A stretch of DNA of 64,000 nucleotides from an uncultured virus (IMG/VR IMGVR_UViG_3300031241_000001) (lineage: Duplodnaviria > Heunggongvirae > Uroviricota > Caudoviricetes). Positions 56,801-64,000 of the stretch are shown here, piece by piece (the stretch's first letter is position 1; every line of letters begins with the position of its first letter). The stretch is from the IMG/VR virus record IMGVR_UViG_3300031241_000001. One strand, 5' to 3'. A program made the position numbers and the translations under genes. Below the pieces are notes generated by a model, which was not told the origin of the DNA, searched no databases, and saw only the letters and a program-made list of their open reading frames with translations.

Positions 56801-59800
56801 GTCGAGACCACCGCGAGGTCTCGCATCGATTGTGCCTGCCGGCCTGCCGGCCTGCCGGCATCGCGCCGACGTCGTGGACGTGGGCACACCCGTCGTCGAG
56901 ACCCCCGCGAGCACAGCACCGATCGTCAACTGGTCGAGACCACCGCGAGGTCTCGCATTGATTGTGACCGCTCGGGTCACCCACCATCTGCCGTGACACG
57001 ATCTTGTCGAGACCACCGCGAGGTCTCGCATCGATTGTGCCGACGGACGCGGACGTCGTCGAGAAATGTCGGCCCTTGTCGAGACCACCGCGAGGTCTCG
57101 CATCGATCATCGATCGTGCCTTGCCACGACTACGCATGTGGCTCGGCGGGTCTGCGCGTGGGGCCACACCTCGGACTGGTCGAGACCACCGCGAGGTCTC
57201 GCATCGATCATGCCGTTACCTGCTAAGACGGTAAGCAGGGAGGTCGTCGAGACCACTGCGAGGTCTCGCAGCGATCGTGCCCGTGAGGTCTCGCCCCTGC
57301 GACGTTGGGATCGGTCGTTGGTCGAGACTACCGCAAGGTCTCGCATCGATCGTGCCGCAACAGAATTCGTGACGGCGCCGATACTCGGAGCGGTCGAGAC
57401 CACCGCGAGGTCTCGCAGCGATCGTGCCCAGGCATCTATCAAGGCTACGCTTGCACGGGCGCTCGTCGAGACCACCGCAAGGTCTCGCATCGATCGTGCC
57501 CTTTGCTGTCATGTGTCCTCTTCTTCCTTCTTCCTTGCAGGTTGTCGAGACCATCGCGAGGTCTCGCATCGATCGTGCCGCGCGGTCGCGCCGTCGCGCG
57601 GGACGCGATGCTGTAGTCGAGACCACCGCGAGGTCTCGCATCGATCGTGCCGCTCGCGTAGCGAGGTGCCAACGGCGTTCTTACGAGGTCGAGACCACCG
57701 CGAGGTCTCGCATCGATCGTGCCGCCCAGGAGCGTCAGAGTGTCGACCATTTCGCCGTGTCGAGACCACCGCGAGGTCTCGCATCGATCGTGCCGTTCAA
57801 CCCGCACTCGGGCAAGCACAAGACGCTCGGTCGAGACCACCGCCGTGACGGATGAGCCTGTTGCTGTTGGGCAGGCCTACGTCGTATTGGTCGAGACCAC
57901 CGCGAGGTCTCGCATCGATCGTGCCCTGGCTGTCCTTAAGACGAGGCCCCTATGGACCGAGAGTCGAGACCACCGCGAGGTCTCGACCACATGGCTCCGG
58001 CTCTGGTCGAGACCACCGCGAGGTCTCGCATCGATCGTGCCGTCTCCACGTTCACGCCGCCCTCCCACGCGAGCCAGTCGAGACCACCGCGCGGTCTCGC
58101 ATCGATCGTGCCGTGCCACGTGCCACGTGCCACAGCAGCAGCGAGCCCAGACTAGACAGTTCGTCGAGACCACCGGGAGGTCTCGCATCGATCGTGCCAG
58201 TCGGTCGCTTGACCATGGCTAACCTCAAAAATGTGTCGAGACCACCGCGAGGTCTCGCATCGGTCGTGCCCTCGATACGGACCCGAGAAACGGAAACTGG
58301 TTTTTCAGTCGAGACCACCGCGAGGTCTCTCATCGATCGTGCCGGCCAAGTCTTCCTCGGTCGTCGAGCGCCCGCCGGCCTTGTCGAGACCGCCGCGAGG
58401 TCTCGCATCGATCGTCGATCGTGCCCTCTTGTAGACCCAGCCGTGTAGCCGATAGAGCTGCTTGTCGAGACCACCGCGAGGTCTCGCATCGATCGTGCCG
58501 TCTCGTCGCTCGCCATGCTCGCCGGCACACCGAACCCGTCGAGACCACCGCGAGGTCTCGCATCGATCGTGCTCCCAGGCGAGCGAGTCGAGGTAGTCGC
58601 GGACCGGGTGGGTCGAGACCACCGCGAGGTCTCGCATCGATCGTGCCGCACGCGGGCGCGCGCTCGGTGTCGTTGACCGTTGACCGAGGAGGTCGAGACC
58701 ACCGCGAGGTCTCGCATCGATCGTGCCGCCGTGCAATTGCGGACGGCCGATCTACTTCCGGTGGTCGAGACCACCGCGAGGTCTCGCAATCGATCGTGCC
58801 GGTCGAGAGTGCGTGACCGAAAACACGGAACCGGAGGCTGGTCGAGACCACCACGAGGTCTCGCATCGATCGTGCCGTACAGGTTCGCCGTGGTGCCCTT
58901 GGGCGCACCGTAGTCGAGACTACCACGTCATAGCGGCCGTCGAGACCACCGCGAGGTCTCGCATTGATCGTGCCGCGACCTCGTCGAGGTGCCGCTCGTC
59001 GTTCATTCTTGTCGAGACCACCGCGAGGTCTCGCATCGATCGTGCCTTGCCTAGCCGCCGAGGCGTTCGGCGACAAGACAGCGGGTCGAGACCACCGCGA
59101 GGTCTCGCATCGATCGTGCCGCGGCCGCGGCCGGGCAGGAGGGCAGGAAGTTGAACGTCGAGTCAACTTTGTCGAGACCACCGCGAGGTCTCGCATCGAT
59201 CGTGCCGAACGCCGAACACTGCTGAGCGGCAGGCGATACTCCTAGGGCAGTCGAGACCACCGCGAGGTCTCGCATCGTCGCATCGCTCGTGCCTGCAACG
59301 CGCGGTTCGCTCAGCGGGGGTTGGAGGTGGTCGAGACCACTGCGAGGTCTCGCATCGATCGTGCCCGCGACTCGTTCGTCGTTCGCCGCGTCGGCCGTAG
59401 TGCGCCGGGTCGAGACCACTGCGAGGTCTCGCATCGATCGTGCCACGCGCGCCAAGTCGGTCCAACTAAGAGCCCCAATCGTTGTCGAGACCACCGCGAG
59501 GTCTCGCATCGATCGTGCCCAGCCGACCGAATTCGCCACTGCATTTACGACGCTGTGTCGAGACCACCGAGAGGTCTCGCATCGATCGTGCCGAACGCGG
59601 GCGCGTCGGGCTCGAGTTCGTTCCATTGGTCGAGACCACCGCGAGGTCTCGCATCGATCGTGCCGCGCGCATCGTGCGGCAAGCGTGCGGCAAGCGTGCG
59701 GCATGAGCTTGTCGAGACCGCCGCGAGGTCTCGCATCGATCGTGCCTTATCGTCGGACTTGCCGATCCCGAGCTGCCCTTTTGTCGAGATCACTAGGTCT

Positions 59801-61785
59801 CACATCGATCGTGCCGGTTATGGCGCCCTCGTTGTCGCAGTGCCCGTTCTCGTCGAGACCACCGCGAGGTCTCGCATCGATCGTGCCGATCGTCGACGTG
59901 GAACGTGGAGGCGCGTTGGCGCAACCGGAAGTCGAGACCACCGCGAGGTCTCGCATCGATTGTGCCCGTCGCGCGCTCGCCCGATATCGATGAGCCCAAC
60001 GTGTCGAGACCACCGCGAGGTCTCGCATCGATCGTGCCGGGAAGTAGGCTGCACATGAGTCGATGGCCGTTCTGCGTGTCGAGACCACCGCGAGGTCTCG
60101 CATCGATCGTGCCGTCTAACGTGGCTGCTCACCGGAGCCGTGGTTCGCTGTCGAGACCACAGCGAGGTCTCGCATCGATCGTGCCTCGGGAATTCCAAGA
60201 CCTCCGTCAGCGGTTCCTCTCGTCGAGACCACAGCGAGGTCTCGCATCGATCGTGCCGGTGTCAAACGTGCGATGGAACAGGCGGAGGTTTAGGTCGAGA
60301 CCACCGCGAGGTCTCGCATCGATCGTGCCTGAACACGTTCTTGCCGTTGGCGCCTTCGCCATAATGGTCGAGACCACCGCGAGGTCTCGCATCGATCGTG
60401 CCGTTGTGCAGACACTTTGCCGTAACGACGCCGGTGTCGTCGAGACCACCGCGAGGTCTCGCATCGATCGTGCCGAACGACTCGAAGGTCGCGACATCGA
60501 CGCATCTGTCGTCGAGACCACCGCGAGGTCTCGCATCGATCGTGCCCGCGTGCGAAGCAGAGATGCCCTCGAGCAGTCGCTCGTCGAGACCACCGCGAGG
60601 TCTCGCATCGATCGTGCCGCTGCGCGACCGCGACGAAGCTCGTCGTCCTCATAGATGCTCACGTCACGTCGAGACCACCGCGAGGTCTCGCATCGATCGT
60701 GCCACAGGAGTAGACACGGATCCACGGAGGAACCAATGGGTCGAGACCACAGCGAGGTCTCGCATCGACGACGTGATCGCCCGTTGGTCGAGACCACCGC
60801 GAGGTCTCGCATCGATCGTGCCAGGTCGGGCTGGACCTTGGCAGTCGAGACCGCTGCGAGGTCTCGCATCGATCGTGCCGAAAGCGGCCGGGTCGGGCGC
60901 GGGCGCGATCTGCGCGTCGAGACCCCCGTGAGGTCTCGCGTCTCGCATCGATCGTGCTGTTCAGGATCTCAGCCGCAGCGAGCGAGGTGTCTATGTCGAG
61001 ATGTCGAGACCACCGCGAGGTCTCGCATCGATCGTGCCCAGCAACGAACCCGGGCTAGAGAGTTCGAACCCATGTCGAGAGTCGAGACCACCGCGAGGTC
61101 TCGCATCGATCGTGCCGATCGCCGCCGCGATTGAAGCAGCGCTCGTCTCTGGCGTCGAGACCACCGCGAGGTCTCGCATCGATCGTGCCTGATCTGAGCG
61201 GCCTTGTCGATCGGCTCAAGGTCGAGACCACCGCGAGGTCTCGCATCGATCGTGCCGGCTCGGACGCATGACCAAGAGCGTTACGTTCGATGTGTCGAGA
61301 CCACCGCGAGGTGCCATGACCTCACCATAGCGCGCCCGCGATCGTGCCGACGAACCCGAATTCCTCCGCCGAGGACAATCCGTAGGTGTCGAGACCACCG
61401 CGAGGTCTCGCATCGATCGTGCCGGGGCTTGGGCTCGATCCGCGCTACACGATCTCGTCGTCGAGACCACCGCGAGGTCTCGCATCGATTGTGCCCGCCT
61501 GACGGTACGCCGCCGGGGCGGAGGGCTGCGTGTCGAGACCACCGCGAGGTCTCGCATCGATTGTGCCCTCGACCGTCTCGTGCCAGCCCTTCGGGATTCG
61601 CACGTCGAGACCACCGCGAGGTCTCGCATCGATTGTGCCCACTCTCGTGGTCTCGTGGCAATACCCACTCGACGTGCGTCGAGACCACCGCGAGGTCTCG
61701 CATCGATTGTGCCGCGCCGCTTGTCCGGTGGCGACCAGGACTTCAGGATGTCGAGACCACCGCGAGGTCTCGCATCGATTGTGCC
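53886..61785 (-). CRISPR. CRISPR array B: 36-bp repeat GGCACGATCGATGCGAGACCTCGCGGTGGTCTCGAC, ~108 copies including truncated ones
   Basis: Manual count; spacers mostly 34-40 nt; more decayed at the left end; 7-bp stem CGAGACC/GGTCTCG. Confidence 0.97.
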
Positions 61786-61802
61786 TTCGATTGTCAGAGA
61801 AC
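61786..61802 (-). promoter_or_regulatory. boxA-like element abutting the first repeat of array B
   Basis: Minus strand GTTCTCTGACAATCGAA, similar to the array A leader motif. Confidence 0.55.
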
Positions 61803-61806
61803 GAAC

Positions 61807-62078
61807 CATGCTTATCCGGTTGTCACCCCTCGCGGGCGCGACGGATCTCCTTGATCTTTCGCTCGGCGCGCTTCGCAGAGGCTCGCCATTCAGCGAGAGC
61901 TTCCGTTGGGGTGAATTCTTGAATCGTTCCGCCGACGTTGATCACGGACGGTCGCTTGCCCAGAGAGGCGGAAAGAAGCTCGCCCATTTCGGAGCGGATG
62001 ATTTTAAGTTCACGTTCGAGTCGCGATGCCATTTGATGTCTCCCTGATCACGTTTGGGGTGTTAACCGGATAAGCATG
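61807..62078 (-). mobile_element. 272-bp non-autonomous single-gene insertion cassette, same family as 22591-22924
   Basis: Ends CATGCTTATCCGGTTGTCACCCC / GGGGTGTTAACCGGATAAGCATG; 8-bp direct repeat GAACGAAC at 61799-61806 and 62079-62086. Confidence 0.92.
61823..62032 (-). CDS. hypothetical 69-aa cargo protein of cassette 2
   Basis: GGGAG RBS; stop codon lies inside the inverted repeat. Confidence 0.7.
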   Translation of the reverse strand: MASRLERELKIIRSEMGELLSASLGKRPSVINVGGTIQEFTPTEALAEWRASAKRAERKIKEIRRAREG

Positions 62079-62090
62079 GAACGAACGATC

Positions 62091-64000
62091 CTACGGCGTT
62101 GCGGGGCTCGGCGCGAGCGGCTGCTGGTCCTTCCGCCGGTTCCGCCGCGCCGGGGCCTTCTTCTTCGTCGAAGGTGCCGGAACCTTGGGGTCGAGCGGCC
62201 ACCCGCTCTCGCCGCGCGCGACGGCGCTCGCGGCGGCGAGCAGGTTTCGGCTCATCGTGATGTCCTGGTCCTCGGCGTGGCCGCAGTTCTCGCAGCGGAT
62301 CACCCGCTGCACCCGGTCTTCCCGCGAGACGTCGCGGTGGTGACCGCAGGCCGCGCAGTCGAGCGTCCCACCGGCAGCGTCGACCTCCAGGTCGACGCTG
62401 CCGTACTTCTTCGCGAAGTAGCCGACGCGGGCGCGGGCGCGCCCGGGCCCCAGGATGTTCACGCGGCGCGCCGTCTTCTTGCGCAGCTTCTGCTCGTCCT
62501 CGTCGTGCTGGTCGTCCTTCTCGACGAGGCCGGTCACGTCGAAGTCGTCGCGGGCGACGACCCCGTAGCGCTTGGCCAGCTGGACCGCGACCGCGGTGAC
62601 GCGGCCCTCGACCTGGCGCTGCATGCGCTCGAGGCTCGGCACCTCGCGGTGGAGCAGGTGGACGTCCTGCTTGCTCCACGCCTCCAGCGCCGCGAAGGCC
62701 GGCTGGTCGCCGTGGATGCGCTGGTCTCGCCACTGCCGGTGCAGGCGGACGTACTTGCTGGGGGCCCGCCAGTTGTGCATGTGGCGGCTCTCTTCGCGGA
62801 GCCACGACGTCGCCGGCAGCGACCGGGCGTAGGCGAGGATCATGTCGCGGAGCACGTCCTGGTTCTGGTCGCGGATCGAATGGATCGAGTCGGCCCAGGG
62901 TTTCACACCGAGCACGTCCTCGGGGATCACGAGTTGCCCCCAGAGCGGGCTCGCGGGGTCGTTGGGGTCGAGTGGCGCGGTGGCGCTCCACGTGAGCAGG
63001 CGGATGCCCGCCTTCTTGCCCTCCTCGTCGAAGAGCTGACGCCAGCCGATGTGGACGGCGACCGCGTCGTGCGGGTGCGGGTGCGGGGTGGTCACGGCCA
63101 CGGAGCCCTCGACCTCAAGCGTGAGGTACCAGCGGTAGCGGAGCCCGGTGCGCTCGCGCCGGACCACGGCCCACTTGACGACGTCGTGCCCGAGCTGGAG
63201 GCGGTTCTTCGTGCGCGGGGACTGGTGCAGGAGCAGGTGCATCTGGGCCCAAATCGGGCGGATGGTGCCCGGCACAGTCCCGACGCGGATCGCGAGCGCG
63301 TGGAAGCGCTTGCCCTTCGTGGCGGCCTCTCCCGCGCGCGGCCCGATCTTGATGACGTCTCCCGGGTTCCCGGCGACGTCGATCGCGCGCCCCTCGGCGT
63401 CGACCGCGGCGGGTCGGAAGTGGTCGACCGGGGCACCCAGCGAGTACGCGACCGATCCGATGCGCAGCCAAGACCCTTCGCCGCCGATGAGATCGTCGGC
63501 GTAGACGGACTTCTTGGCGGGAAGTGTCTTGCCGGTCCGCGCGTCGATGCGCGCGTTCTGCCGCTGGAACTGGACGGCGATGCGGCCCACGTCCGGGGGG
63601 AAGTCCGTCCCCACGAACGTGGTCCGGCCGTTTTCGTCGATGAGCCCTGCCTTGTCGATCGTGCGCCGCGCGAAGTCGGCCGCGTCGTCCGCCTTGCCGA
63701 GCGTCCCCCACATGGCTCCCGCCTCGATCGTCGCGTCGCGCACGGCCTTGAGCGCGCGCTTCTTCCCCGCGAACACGCGCTCGCGGAGGGCCTTGAACTC
63801 GTCAGAGGCGTGCCACGCATCGCGGGCAGCTTTCCCAGCCTCCGACTTCCACCACGCGCCACGCGCTTCGACGGGTACGTCCCTGGCCGGGTAGTCGATG
63901 AGCGCGCGCCGGAGGAAGCGCTCGCGGTTCTCGATGAGCGCGATCTGTCGGCGGTAGCGCGCGCCGAGGCGCACCTGCTCGCGCAAGCAATGGTCGTCGG
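62091..64000 (-). CDS. cas12m: Type V Cas12m-like effector B, 5' end beyond the window
   Basis: REQVRLGARYRRQIALIE, GRIAVQFQ, AVHIGWR, NWRAP, ARDDFD, CAAC/CENC, DQDITMSRNL; frame is open to the window edge. Confidence 0.85.
   Translation of the reverse strand, partial: DDHCLREQVRLGARYRRQIALIENRERFLRRALIDYPARDVPVEARGAWWKSEAGKAARDAWHASDEFKALRERVFAGKKRALKAVRDATIEAGAMWGTLGKADDAADFARRTIDKAGLIDENGRTTFVGTDFPPDVGRIAVQFQRQNARIDARTGKTLPAKKSVYADDLIGGEGSWLRIGSVAYSLGAPVDHFRPAAVDAEGRAIDVAGNPGDVIKIGPRAGEAATKGKRFHALAIRVGTVPGTIRPIWAQMHLLLHQSPRTKNRLQLGHDVVKWAVVRRERTGLRYRWYLTLEVEGSVAVTTPHPHPHDAVAVHIGWRQLFDEEGKKAGIRLLTWSATAPLDPNDPASPLWGQLVIPEDVLGVKPWADSIHSIRDQNQDVLRDMILAYARSLPATSWLREESRHMHNWRAPSKYVRLHRQWRDQRIHGDQPAFAALEAWSKQDVHLLHREVPSLERMQRQVEGRVTAVAVQLAKRYGVVARDDFDVTGLVEKDDQHDEDEQKLRKKTARRVNILGPGRARARVGYFAKKYGSVDLEVDAAGGTLDCAACGHHRDVSREDRVQRVIRCENCGHAEDQDITMSRNLLAAASAVARGESGWPLDPKVPAPSTKKKAPARRNRRKDQQPLAPSPATP

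Noticed and set aside
53886..61785. BsaI sites (GAGACC/GGTCTC) in every B repeat suggesting a synthetic construct
   Set aside because: They are the hairpin arms; natural decay gradient and variant blocks argue for a natural array
49234..61785. Self-targeting spacers within the window
   Set aside because: None found by eye, but the check was not exhaustive and needs an alignment
48082..61800. Many ORFs over the arrays with repeating peptides (VETTARSRID, SRTSTVRAGAIT)
   Set aside because: They are translations of CRISPR repeats, not genes
1..64000. tRNA, rRNA, tracrRNA, cas1/cas2, virion or replication genes
   Set aside because: None recognised, so the phage versus plasmid identity remains an inference

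Overview
High-GC (roughly 70% by eye) window that looks like part of a large phage or other mobile replicon of a Myxococcota host. The host call is inferred from a CarS homologue and an IF-3 with a C-terminal extension. I recognised no virion, terminase or replicative polymerase genes. Bases 1-48 kb hold about 100 short, tightly overlapping, mostly hypothetical genes (mainly minus strand to 18.3 kb, mainly plus strand after). Recognisable ones include an RNA ligase-like protein, a GHKL ATPase, a degenerate ComM, three PAPS-reductase-like proteins, CarS, a GNAT, IF-3, a YgjP-like metalloprotein, an ATP-grasp protein, a YkgJ protein and a disrupted HD hydrolase. Bases 48-64 kb hold a double type V-M-like (Cas12m/V-U1) CRISPR locus on the minus strand with no cas1/cas2 in view. 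Its order is effector B (RuvC H-D-D), array B (~108 repeats), effector A (RuvC D-E-D), array A (~39 repeats of a different sequence), then ~9 decayed B-type repeats, so module A appears nested in array B. Other notable signals: two transposase-less single-gene cassettes with shared 23-bp inverted repeats and 8-bp target duplications, many 7-8 nt tandem duplications in old spacers, boxA-like leaders, paired GGGT-N8-ACCC operators, and a shared N-terminal peptide on four unrelated proteins. All family calls come from motif recognition by eye, not database searches, and repeat counts are manual.
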